Assembly (NCBI RefSeq): GCF_006345805.1
Contig: NW_021825310.1
Coordinates: 1 to 15,903, forward strand
Length of the DNA stretch: 15,903 nt
Reading direction: 5' to 3'
DNA from: Octopus sinensis
Taxonomy: Eukaryota
Below, one piece after another: positions 1-9,735 of this stretch. The position numbers and the translations under genes are program-made. The first letter of the stretch is position 1. The number at the start of each line of letters is the position of its first letter. Under the pieces are notes generated by a model. The model was not told the origin of the DNA, did no database searches, and saw only the letters and a list, made by a program, of their open reading frames with translations.

Positions 1-140
1 TAGTTACCAAGAAATTTGCACAAAAACCTAAAATTACTCGGTCTCGCTGAGAAAGAGCAAAAGATACTGACACGAATTCTCCAAATCGAATTAGTGGCAC
101 AGTGAAGATTTGTAAGACGTTCCGAATATTCTCCATCTGA
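1..140 (+). mobile_element. C-terminal relic of a restriction-like-endonuclease (RLE) non-LTR retrotransposon ORF (R4/Dong/NeSL-like), frameshifted
   Basis: Frame 1 gives LPRNLHKNLKLLGLAEKEQKILTRILQIE, then a shifted frame from 90 gives ISGTVKICKTFRIFSI* (TGA 138-140). This matches the terminus SGTVKMCKTFLKFQM* of the second copy at 1260-1574. Clade assignment is from recall. Confidence 0.65.
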
Positions 141-492
141 GATTCTTATGGGAATAGTTGCACACTCTTGAATGTATGCAACGACAACTCAACCAATGCT
201 TCAACACAAATATTTACAAACACTGGGAACTTTCTTAATTAAAAACGTCTTGTCGCCTTATTAGCGTCCGACTTGGAATCTCTGAAGAAGAATATGAATT
301 AAACTCAAAGAAAAATCAAACATAGATGTCAGTTGCTCCACAACATTATCCACTAGCTTGATATCATCACTTGTGTGGCGTTTCCATCTCAAAGCGACAA
401 AACTACCAGAGTCCTATGTGAGATAGCTGATGAAGGTTCAATGTCCATGCATTGTCTTTGTTACGTGCTTTTCTCATTTATATCTTTTCGTT

Positions 493-620
493 ACACACAC
501 ACATAGACAGATACACACTCACACACACATACACACACACACACTCAAACCTACACACATACGTACGCAGATGCACAGAGAAACACACAGACACATGCAC
601 ACACACGTACACACACATGT
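493..620. repeat. (CA)n/(TACA)n compound microsatellite
   Basis: Directly visible tandem repeats. Confidence 0.9.
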
Positions 621-644
621 GAGAGGAAGGAGAATAAACTTATA

Positions 645-790
645 ACCCGGGAGTTGGTGCAGTAGTTAGCAGGATAGGGGATTATCGCGTTATCCTTGGA
701 CTGATGGCCTGATTCGAAATCCTTCAACAAACTGGGCACAGCCCTAGACATCTGGATGCCAATTGATGGCATTAAGCCGGAAGACAGATC
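645..790 (+). mobile_element. Possible degenerate tRNA-derived SINE head
   Basis: A-box-like TGGTGCAGTAGTTAGC at about 653-670 and B-box-like GATTCGAAATCC at 711-722. No second copy in the window. Confidence 0.25.
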
Positions 791-1180
791 CATTCTTCAA
801 TTTAATTGGTAGCATATTTTTTTTATGTCTTTGCACGGCTATTTTACAGGTCTGTCGGTTAATTAAAAAATTTGAGATTCGTGTTAACTGAAGATCATCA
901 AAATTATTCACAACACCATATTGAAATTACAATATAGATTAAATGGATCGAAAATCTCGGTCGTTGACTCACTTTGATATAAGCCCTAATAATGGGACAA
1001 ATTAAGGGTCTGAGTTTGAATTAAGTCTCGAGCTCAGAGTGAAGGGCGTTAACTTCTCTCCGTTATTTAGCTCGGTGCAGTAAAAATGATTTTGTTTCTC
1101 AAGCTTCGACGTCTTCTACCTCACTGCCTATAGTTATGTGCGCACATATGTTCGTATGTATGTATGTCTCTCATATTTTT

Positions 1181-1575
1181 TAATTATTATAAATCTTCCA
1201 CTGAGGAGGGAGTCGGTTTCAAACAAAGATACCAGGGGATGTATTTAACAAAGACAAATTCACATTTGGAACTTGAGAAAAGTCTTGCACATTTTTACTG
1301 TTCCACTCACAGATTGCCCTTGTAATGTACGAATCAGTCAGTCAGTTTCTCAATCTGAAAATCCCACTTTATCCAGATTCTCCTTTAAGCATTTACTCAC
1401 AAAACTTAGTGCTCCTAATATTATTGGTTTGAATATGAATTCAGGGTCTGGATATAGAAGCTGGAACTTTCGAAGCAGTTGTTTATAGATGTCATATTTT
1501 GATTCGATTTTCAAAGATATATTTATATCTGGAGGGCAGCTGATCTCTATGATGATACATAACTTTGCCCCTCTG
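1181..1575 (-). mobile_element. 5'-truncated RLE-type non-LTR retrotransposon (endonuclease C-terminus, 3' UTR and short ATA tail), pseudogenised
   Basis: Minus strand 1574-1260 translates RGAKLCIIIEISCPPDINISLKIESKYDIYKQLLRKFQLLYPDPEFIFKPIILGALSFVSKCLKENLDKVGFSD*ETD*LIRTLQGQSVSGTVKMCKTFLKFQM*. The IIEISCP..K..KY and PIILGALS motifs are typical of the RLE C-terminus. Two in-frame stops. The 3' end runs into ATAATAATTA. Confidence 0.8.
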
Positions 1576-1772
1576 TGTGTATGTATGTATGTATGTATGT
1601 ATGTATGTATGTATGTATGTATGTATAGGTGTGCTTTTGTGTGTGTATGTGTATGTACGTGCGGTCGTAGTATGTATGAATGTACATAAGTACTTAAGAA
1701 AGTATGTATGTTGGTGCTTATCTATGTATCTATATATATATATATATGTGTGTGTGTGTATGTGTGTGTATG

Positions 1773-1820
<48 letters not shown>

Positions 1821-2099
1821 TATACATATATGTATATATATATAGAGAGAGAGAGAAAGAGAAATATATATATATGTACTTATGTGTGTGTATGTGTGAG
1901 TGTGTGCATATTTATGTATATACTTATGAGTGCATCTATGTACTTACGTATATATGTATGCGTATACGTCGGTAAATATGTGTGTGAGCAGGGAGAGAGA
2001 TAGATAGATAGATAGAGAGAGAGATGGGAAGAGAAAAAGATAATGATACTTACGGAGACATATATATATATCATATATATATATATTAAATATATATAC

Positions 2100-2149
<50 letters not shown>

Positions 2150-2235
2150 CGCATATATCTATATATCTATCTTCCCTCTCTTTCTTTCTTCATATATATA
2201 TATAATGTGTGTGTGTTTGTGTGTGTATGTATGTA

Positions 2236-2286
<51 letters not shown>

Positions 2287-2400
2287 CACACATACACACA
2301 CGCGCATCTATCTATCTATCTATCTCTCTACCTATCTACCTACCTTCCCTCTCATTCTTTCTTCATATATATATATATACATACACACATACAACAGCAA
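1576..2400. repeat. Long compound microsatellite field (GTAT, GT, TA, GA, GATA, CTAT)
   Basis: Directly visible; explains ORFs 1492-2517. Confidence 0.95.
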
Positions 2401-2762
2401 CAACTACATTTCCTGTCCAGCGCCGAAAGACAAGAAGTTAAGATGGAATTAACATATTGTTCAACACAATTACCCAAGATAACTTTGAGAGAGAATGTTA
2501 AAGACATTAGCTTGTAAATCATGTTTACATCAAGACACAGTTGAGTCTCAATGATGAGCCAATTCCACGACAAGACACCTTCGCATGTTTTGTAAACACG
2601 ACGTGTCTTAAATTATAGACGGAGACGCCGCTCGTTCGGTGCTTCGCGGCTGCTGATGTCTAAACACTGCAAACAAAATAAATAAATAGAATGAACCGAA
2701 ATATAAAAACAACAAGGCTGTGCATGACGTTTAGCCGACATTTTAGGATATGTGTGCCTTTA

Positions 2763-2890
2763 GATACACACATGCATACATACATGCATACATACATACA
2801 TACATACACACATGTACGAATGTATACATGCACACACATACATACATGTATACATACATAATATATACAATATATAGCGCATATACACAT

Positions 2891-2960
<70 letters not shown>

Positions 2961-2962
2961 CT

Positions 2963-3019
<57 letters not shown>

Positions 3020-3041
3020 TAAGAGAGAGAGAGAGAGAGAG
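2763..3041. repeat. (CATA)n-(CA)n-(TA)n-(GA)n compound microsatellite
   Basis: Directly visible. Confidence 0.95.
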
Positions 3042-3043
3042 AA

Positions 3044-3440
3044 GTGGTGCGGGTAAAGAGGCCTTGTTTACCAAGCAAATGGTTCTGGGTTCAGTCACAC
3101 TGCGAGACACCTTGGGCAAGTGTCTTCTGCTATAGCTTCGGGCCAACCAAAGCCCTGTGAGTGGATTTGGTAGACGGAAAGTGAAAGAAGCCCGTCATAT
3201 GTATATGTATGTATGTATGTATATGTTTGTGTGTCTGTGTTTTTCAACCCACCCCCAACATCGCTTGACAATCGATACTGGTATGTTTACGTCCCCGTAA
3301 ATTAACGGTTCGACAAAAAAGACCGATGGAATAAGTACTAGGCATACAAATAATAAGTCCTGGGGTCGATTTGCTCGTCTAAAGGCGGAACTTCAGCATG
3401 GCCGCAGTCAAATGGCTGAAAGAAGTAGAAGAATAAAAGA
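3044..3440 (+). mobile_element. tRNA-derived SINE, family A (internal microsatellite), near full length
   Basis: B-box-like GGTTCTGGGTTCAGTCAC, body CCTTGGGCAAGTGTCTTC...TAGACGGAAAGTGAAAGAAGCCCG, internal GTAT/GT tract, and tail GAATAAGTACTAGG...GGGGTCGATTTGCTCG...CAGCATGGCCGCAGTCAAATG. Aligns by eye with 13642-14052 and 12814-13095. Confidence 0.9.
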
Positions 3441-3559
3441 ATATATATATATTTATATATATATATATACATGCATAACACACATACACACACGTTTTTT
3501 TATATTTATGTTATACACACATACGCGTGAACGCGCATATATATATATATGTACTTTTT

Positions 3560-3883
3560 TATTCTTTTGTTTTAGTCTTTTAACTGACGCCATGCTATAG
3601 CTCTGCCTTAAGGGTTTGTTTTTAGTTGAACAAATCGACCCAACGACTTATTCCATCAGTTCTTTTGCCGAACCGCTAATGTACAGGGACATAAACACAC
3701 CAACGTCGGTTATCAAGCGACCGTGATGGTACAAACACGCATATGCGACAGGCTTATTTCAGTTTCTCTCTATCAAATCCACTCATAAGGCTTTGGTCGG
3801 CCCGAGGCTATAATAGAAAAAACTTGTTCAAGGTGCTATCCAATGGGACTGAACCCGGAACCATGTGGTTGGAAAGCAAGCTG
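3560..3883 (-). mobile_element. tRNA-derived SINE, family A
   Basis: Reverse complement contains GGTTCCGGGTTCAGTCCCATTGG, GCCTCGGGCCGACCAAAGCCTTATGAGTGGATTTG, TTAGCGGTTCGGCAAAAGA and GGGTCGATTTGTTC. Confidence 0.85.
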
Positions 3884-4084
3884 TCTCGGCCTGGGAATTT
3901 CATTACAGATGCAGGTCTCGCAACTACTTTCGCTTTGATTTAACAACTTGGAGGTTCAGCTAATCGAACAACTAACCGAATGGTCACCGTGGAATCCGAC
4001 AACCAGTTCTTCATATCATTCCTTAAGGTACAACAAATTAAACCTTAATAACCATGGGATGGACGTCTATGTTAAGGTGTAGCT

Positions 4085-4305
4085 TAGGGATTCTCAGGCA
4101 GTTTTTTTTTTTTTTTATCTGTGGACCCCTTTGACTGGTGAAACCCCATAGTCATCCAGTGTTTAAAAACTAGTTTTATAGAAACTTCTTTCAAAATTCC
4201 TATTTGTTTTTTCACACATTAACTTATGAAGATTGAACGATGTAAAACGTTACGGAAAGAAACATAACTGGTTCTTGCAACACATACCAATACATACATC
4301 TAAAG
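4085..4305 (+). mobile_element. Truncated hAT-like MITE (left end and body)
   Basis: Starts TAGGGATTCTCAG; body is homologous to 4306-4500 (GGACCCCTTTGA, TTCACACATT, GAAAGAAAC, ACATCTAAA). Confidence 0.5.
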
Positions 4306-4626
4306 CAAGGGTTCGCAACCATTTTTTATCTATGAACCCCTTTGATTACTATTTTATTCTGGTAGACCCCAAAGCCATTTGATGTCTAAAATTACTGTTT
4401 TGTCTTTCACACATTGTGTAGGTTGAACTAAGTAAATTGTTAGAGAAAGAAACCTATTTCTTGTGATACATTCCAACGCACACATCTAAATCAAGATTTT
4501 TTCAGGAACCCTTACAATATTATTGTGAATCTCGAATTTACTATTTTGTCGCGTCCCCTCCGCCACAAAAAAGCAAATGTGATATGGACCCTCAGGGGCC
4601 GTACGGGCTCCGGTTGAGAACAATCG
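4306..4626 (+). mobile_element. hAT-like MITE with degenerate terminal inverted repeats
   Basis: Left end CAAGGGTTCGCAACC (4306-4320) matches the reverse complement of right end GGTTGAGAACAATCG (4612-4626) at 11/15. Flanking 8-mers ATCTAAAG and GTCTATTT both resemble the NTCTAGAN hAT-Charlie target. Confidence 0.6.
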
Positions 4627-4749
4627 GTCTATTTAATTAAGGCGATATTAGACAACAACAACAACAATAGCAATTACAAATTTATATTTCTACACCGAGA
4701 CTCTTTAAAGGCTCGTCGACATCTTTAACTCCATAATCGTTCTTACCAT

Positions 4750-4925
4750 TTATTTGTTTCAATCTTTTGGTCGCGGCCTTGCTGGGGCACTGACTTGAAA
4801 TGTTTAGTTGAGAATATCGGAATTAATACTTATTTATTGTAAAGCTGAGTACTTACCTATTCTGTCGGTCTTTTTTGCCGAACTGCTAGCTATGGATATG
4901 AAAACAAACCAACACCGGTTGTCAG
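4750..4925 (-). mobile_element. SINE family A, 3' part, diverged
   Basis: TTTTGCCGAACTGCTAG, GAGTACTTA..TATTCTGTCGGTC and GCGGCCTTGCTGGGGCAC match the reverse-complemented family A tail. Confidence 0.7.
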
Positions 4926-5024
4926 GTGGTGGTGGTGAGGAGAAGAAACGCAGACATACACCACAAAAGAGGTGGAAGTACTGGATTAATAATTGTCCCA
5001 AACCCTCACTGCATTCTTTTTCGT

Positions 5025-5065
<41 letters not shown>

Positions 5066-5352
5066 TGTAGATACGTATCTGTGTATGTATGTGTGTATGT
5101 ATGTATGAATATATATATATATATATATATATATACAAATATTCTATAATTATAAGCATAATTGGTCAGCTAATTGCTTCGCCACGCACCGAATTTAGAA
5201 ATAGCAGTTAAAATACCATTCCGCTGCCATAAATTTCTCGCATACAGTAACATACGTTTTTTTACGTAGGCAAAGAGAAAAAATAACGAATACACACGAC
5301 TTAGATTAGGCTAAAGTAAAGTTATAATATATACACAATAGAGATGCTTATA

Positions 5353-5371
5353 CATGCGTACATACATATAC

Positions 5372-5424
<53 letters not shown>

Positions 5425-5497
5425 TATATATACATATATATACACACACATGTATATACATTCATATATATATATAATACATAATAATATATATATG

Positions 5498-5531
<34 letters not shown>

Positions 5532-5565
5532 TTATATATATATATATATATGTTATATATATATA
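5353..5565. repeat. (TA)n-rich microsatellite
   Basis: Directly visible. Confidence 0.95.
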
Positions 5566-5765
5566 AAGGGAAAGTTTACGAAATAAACAAAAAGACAAGG
5601 CTGGTGGAAGTACAAACAAACAATGTATTAGTATAGCGCTCAGGAATAGAAAAAGTCTTTACGTTTCGAGCCTACGCTCTTCGACAGAAAGATACATAGA
5701 CAAAAACAAGAAGAGAAACAAGAAGAGAACAAAATGCGTGTAGTGGCTAACGATCTATCATGGCG
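5566..5765 (-). mobile_element. ~200 bp non-autonomous PLE-like unit (solo pLTR-like) with hammerhead-like motif, copy 1
   Basis: Homologous to 11782-11969 and 12323-12434, sharing TTTACGTTTCGAGCCTAYGCTC and the right boundary ATCATGGCG. Minus strand 5692-5656 reads TCTTT CTGTCGA A GAGC GTAG GCTC GAA ACGT A AAGA. Confidence 0.6.
5656..5692 (-). ncRNA. Minimal type I hammerhead-like motif with variant core (CUGUCGA)
   Basis: 4-bp stem II GAGC/GCUC, GAAA, palindromic ACGU stem III, GUA triplet, and stem I UCUUU/AAGA (one A shorter than the sister copies). A6 is U. Confidence 0.45.
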
Positions 5766-5824
5766 TCTTGACTTCGGACATTGGTCAGACGCGAGAGGGG
5801 AGATAACAGGGTCAAGTGACTTTT

Positions 5825-5883
5825 TTAAGATGAGAAGCGTGTATATCGCATTTAAGTACATACATACATACACACACATATAG

Positions 5884-5914
<31 letters not shown>

Positions 5915-6085
5915 AATATTACATTATATAATGTGTGCTTATCTACACAGTTAAATGCTATCATATATAGACTATATATGTATGTTTATATATGTATGTA
6001 TGTTTATATATATATATATATATATGTTGGACATATATACATATATATACACACACATGTATATACATACATCCATCCATCCATC

Positions 6086-6110
<25 letters not shown>
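5825..6110 (+). repeat. Low-complexity block, direct repeat copy 1 (copy 2 at 6855-7150)
   Basis: 29-nt identity CGTGTATATCGCATTTAAGTACATACATA (5838-5866 = 6868-6896) and 21-nt identity TAAATGCTATCATATATAGAC (5952-5972 = 6986-7006). Confidence 0.8.
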
Positions 6111-6136
<26 letters not shown>

Positions 6137-6139
<3 letters not shown>

Positions 6140-6263
6140 CGATGGGCAGTTTGATTTTCCGTCTGCCAAATTCACTCCGAATCATTCGCCTGTGATGCCG
6201 CTCGGTGGGATTGAACAAGAGACAACGTAGTAGCAAAGCGAGTTGTTAACCACACAGTCATGC
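6137..6263 (-). mobile_element. SINE family A-related head fragment, diverged
   Basis: Reverse complement gives GCATGACTGTGTGGTTAACAACTCGCTTTG...TTGTTCAATCCCACCG...GTGAATTTGGCAGACGGAAAAT. Confidence 0.65.
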
Positions 6264-6526
6264 ATGAGCAATTTTTTTTTTTTGTTTTAAAGAATTATTT
6301 CTGGGGTTTTTTTTTTCGTAAAGGACTTAAGAATCCTGTGATAATTGCTGTACTTAAATCTCACAGAATCCCAGCTAGTCTCCTCAGAGACACCGATTCC
6401 ATCAAACTGTTAAAAAAAACAGACACATGAGCCAAAAATGAAAATAAAACGGTTATAAACTTCTATGGTGGGCTGGGTACGGCTGGATTGGATTGGGCTG
6501 GGTTGGTTTCGTTTGGACTTTCTTAC

Positions 6527-6679
6527 ACAGCAGTTATTTTCAAACATATTAAACAGCCACAACTTCTTTCTTTCTTGTATACAGACAAAAATATAGACAG
6601 CCAAGATACAGGAGGTAAAAGAGAGGCCCGCAGTTACGACAGCGTTTGAACCCATTTCCCTTGCTTACATTACGACATG
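6527..6679 (-). other. Putative spliced exon (ATG at 6655; MGSNAVVTAGLSFTSCILAVYIFVCIQERKKLWLFNMFENNCC)
   Basis: Pyrimidine-rich acceptor TTTTTGTTTTTTAATGTCAG before 6679, donor TGT|GTAAGA after 6527, non-repetitive sequence, and 43 codons in phase 0 with a hydrophobic stretch followed by ERKK. No homologue recognised. Confidence 0.3.
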
Positions 6680-6854
6680 CTGACATTAAAAAACAAAAAG
6701 GTAGTGATACAGAAACCTAAGTTGAAAATTGTAGATGAGAAGACAAAATATTTACGCTAGGTCATAACTAGTAACAAAATGGCGACGTTGACGACTCAAC
6801 ACCATCACCACCACCACCCACGCCACCACTGTCCCCAACTGCCTCGTCGACATA

Positions 6855-7043
6855 TTAAGATAGGAATCGTGTATATCGCATTTAAGTACATACATAGATA
6901 CACACACATATAGGCACTCATATATATATTATATATATATATATATAAAATATTATATTATATCATGTGTGCATATTTACACAGATAAATGCTATCATAT
7001 ATAGACGTATATATGTATGTATGTTTATACTTATATATGTATG

Positions 7044-7076
<33 letters not shown>

Positions 7077-7440
7077 ATACGTATATAAATATATATTTGG
7101 ATATATATTTATGCATGCATATATTTGTATACATTCATACATACATACAGACAGACATATATATATATGTATGTATATATATACATATATATATATATAT
7201 ACACATATATATATATATATATATGTATTATATATATGTATATATATACACATATACATATATATATATTTAAATGCAGCCATATATCTGTATCCGTACA
7301 TAAATACACATACATATACATGTATATAAATGCGAAAATACTTTATGTATACACATATACATTTACACGTAATATACATGTATATACACATACTCATATA
7401 TATATGCACACATGCGTTCATATAAGACCATATACATGTG
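6855..7440 (+). repeat. Direct repeat copy 2 followed by TA/CA-rich cryptic microsatellite
   Basis: Shares the anchors listed for 5825-6110; the remainder is low complexity. Confidence 0.8.
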
Positions 7441-7592
7441 TATACTCATAGGTGTAGTCTCTTCTTTCTGATACAATGTCTTCAACAACAGAAAATATCC
7501 GATGTTTATTATTTTTAATCTAAAAATTATTTTTATTGCCACTGTTGGGCTTTCGAACCCATGCTGTCGTGAAAGCGCCTTTCTGTTAGACA

Positions 7593-7622
7593 GCAGCAGC
7601 AGGAAGAAGAAGAGGAAGAAGA

Positions 7623-7661
<39 letters not shown>

Positions 7662-7679
7662 AGAACAACAACAACAACA

Positions 7680-7740
<61 letters not shown>

Positions 7741-7784
7741 TAATAATGATAATAATAATACTCTCTAAAATGCTCGGTTTGCAG

Positions 7785-7822
<38 letters not shown>

Positions 7823-7824
7823 TA

Positions 7825-7874
<50 letters not shown>

Positions 7875-7875
7875 T
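7593..7875. repeat. Compound triplet array (CAG)-(GAA/GAG)n-(AAC)n-(AAT)n
   Basis: Directly visible. Confidence 0.95.
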
Positions 7876-7889
7876 AGATAAGCCCTTTA

Positions 7890-8035
7890 TTTTGTCGACA
7901 CGCTCCAGACTGGATGTGCTCAGTGTTTAATTCATAAATAATAGTTTTTTAAGCGCAGCCACGAGTCGAGAGGAACGTGGGAGTCATACGACGTATATTT
8001 ACAGTGCAAAGTGAAACTTTGGTCTCCATGGCGGC
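7890..8035 (+). promoter_or_regulatory. Putative promoter/5' UTR of a plus-strand gene
   Basis: Locally CpG-enriched unique sequence ending in CCATGGCGGC, a YY1-like motif overlapping the start codon. Confidence 0.35.
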
Positions 8036-8065
8036 TCTTCTCAACAGGACAACGGGATCAATGAG
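8028..8065 (+). CDS. Probable first coding exon of an unidentified gene (MAALLNRTTGSM-R/S, phase 2)
   Basis: ATGGCG start in a favourable context followed by donor AG|GTAACT at 8065/8066. The peptide resembles an N-terminal (possibly mitochondrial) leader. No convincing downstream exon was found in the window. Confidence 0.5.
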
Positions 8066-8388
8066 GTAACTTTACACTGGAATGAGTTCAAAAATTACAA
8101 AACGAAAATAAAAAATTAAATAAATAAATAAATAAAATAACGGTTTCTTTTACTCTGTGGAGAATCATTCCCGCCAAAATCTCTAGTTTAAAACAGTGAT
8201 TTATTTTTGATTGCCTTAAATGCTATGCTTCTGCTATTGTTTAATCCCAGGTAAGACTTACTAAATCACCTATAAATGTTCAAAAACATTCCAGTTATGA
8301 CCATCCAGTCTTTCATTTAATTATGGTGCATACTGGGTAGCATTATTAAGTATTATAATTGCTTGTTTTAAGATGCCAGGCTATGTAA

Positions 8389-9030
8389 CGTATTTTCTGG
8401 CGTACAAGACGCGCTGGCGCATAAGACTCATCCCTCTTTTACAAGTATATTTTCATGAGCAACAAATTCACTGTTTCATCATATGCCCATTGAAAGATAT
8501 TTTAAAATGGCTTTGTTGAAGAAACGTATAATTCTGTACGTGAAAATATTGTCATAATATGCTGTAATAAAGTATGTAACATTAAATTCATAATAAAATT
8601 CGTTATGGGAGCACAGTAGCCTTGTCTTCTTTCAGATCAACTATATTGTTGTTTATATTTTGCTCAAGAGAATTGCCATACAAGATAGAAAGCTTGTAGG
8701 TCTGGTTATGATCTTTTATGTTCGATGTGAATTGCCAATATATAGAATCCGTTAACTAAATATTCAATGCATATGCACTTCTTTGTGCAAAAGCTGTTGC
8801 TGTTTTATATATTGTAGCAGCAAGATTTGATTGGTAAGCCGCAACTAGACGCTTCCCACTCCTGATTACCAGTAAAAATCAAACTCAAGGTGGTGAGGGA
8901 ATTCTTGTTTCTAAATGTGAGGTGCCAGTTATATTTTAAATGCAAGAAATATAGTACTGCATTAGACGTAGTACAAATATATTAATACATTGAAAATTAT
9001 GAAGATGCGCGTTATACGCTGGCAAAATTT
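8389..9030. mobile_element. Degenerate pogo/Tigger-like non-autonomous DNA transposon
   Basis: Left end CGTATTTTCTGGCGTACAAGACGC with subterminal repeat CTGGCGCATAAGAC; inverted diverged end GCGTTATACGCTGGCAAAAT at 9009-9028. A further left-end-like copy TATTTGCCGGCGTATAAGACGCA lies at 9248-9270. Confidence 0.4.
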
Positions 9031-9340
9031 ATTTATTGAGCTAGATTCAGAAAGAAATGGTAAAGAATCAGGGCGGATAAATTCCTAATAAGAAAATTTT
9101 GCTCCGACATCTCTATATAAAAAAAACCCGACTCTTATGATTCGTTTATAACCGACGCCAAGACATCAACAGAGGTAAACGAATGCAAAGATGTATGAAG
9201 AACGTTTTCGTGGTTTATCCTCTGTTAAAATTCGAAGCAGGCTTTTCTATTTGCCGGCGTATAAGACGCAGGTTTTTATAATTTTGAATGTATCAAAATA
9301 TTTTACCTCGTCTTGAAAAGTACAAGCTTCTCTGGAAAAT

Positions 9341-9507
9341 ATTCTTTTCTACTCTAGGCACAAGGCTTGGAATTTTGGGGAAGGGGGCCAATCTAGTGAT
9401 CTACCCCAGTACACAACTGGTACTTAATTTATCGACCCCGAAAGAATGAAAGGCAAAGCCGATCTCGGGGGAATTTGAAGTCAGAACGTAACGACAGACG
9501 AAATACC
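9341..9507 (-). mobile_element. tRNA-derived SINE, family B, head-truncated
   Basis: CTGGTACTTAATTTATCGACCCCGAAAGAATGAAAGGCAAAG is the reverse complement of the core of 13110-13320. Confidence 0.85.
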
Positions 9508-9735
9508 CATTCTTTACTACCCACAAGGGGCTAAACACAGAGAGGACAAACAAGGACAGACAAACGGATTGAGTCGATTACATCGACCCCAGTACGTAAC
9601 TGGTACTTATTTAATCGACCCCGAAAGGATGAAAGGTAAAGTCGGCCTCGGCGGAATTTGTACTCAGGACGCAAAGACAGATGAAATACCGCTAAACATT
9701 TCGTCCAGCATGCTAACGATTCTGTCAGCTCGCCG

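Noticed and set aside
282-315. CTGAAGA-A-GAAT...ACTC-AAAG, resembling a hammerhead
   Set aside because: GAAA, stem III and stem I are not recoverable; at most a very old relic.
425-460. CTGATGAAG motif
   Set aside because: No downstream GAAA or closing stems nearby.
696-730. CTGATGG...GAAATCC hammerhead-like string
   Set aside because: No stem III or UH site; better explained as a B-box-like sequence.
1201-1230. CTGAGGAG...TTTCAAAC
   Set aside because: It is the antisense of the LINE 3' UTR and lacks GAAA and stems.
1489-2517. Many overlapping 66-136 aa ORFs rich in YI/CV/HT
   Set aside because: Translations of dinucleotide and tetranucleotide microsatellites. The same applies to ORFs at 2660-3146, 5311-6236, 6963-7451, 12205-12652, 13609-13924 and 14266-14544.
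6468-6517. GGGCT/GGATT/GGTTT pentamer run as telomeric or G-quadruplex repeat
   Set aside because: Short and heterogeneous, not TTAGGG-like; treated as a degenerate pentanucleotide microsatellite.
7537-7592. Minus-strand tRNA-like segment (GGCGCT-TTC-AC, TGGGTTCGAAAGCCCA)
   Set aside because: Only a T-arm-like hairpin pairs; anticodon and acceptor stems do not form. Not called as tRNA; possibly a relic.
7363-7768. Poly-K/N and poly-F/L ORFs, also poly-N/D/E/S ORFs at 9569-10900
   Set aside because: Triplet microsatellites, partly fused to SINE sequence; no domain content or splice support.
8621-8710. Acceptor TCTTCTTTCAG at 8635 as exon 2 of the 8028 gene
   Set aside because: The phase-2 reading hits TAG after about 20 codons and the site lies within the putative pogo-like element.
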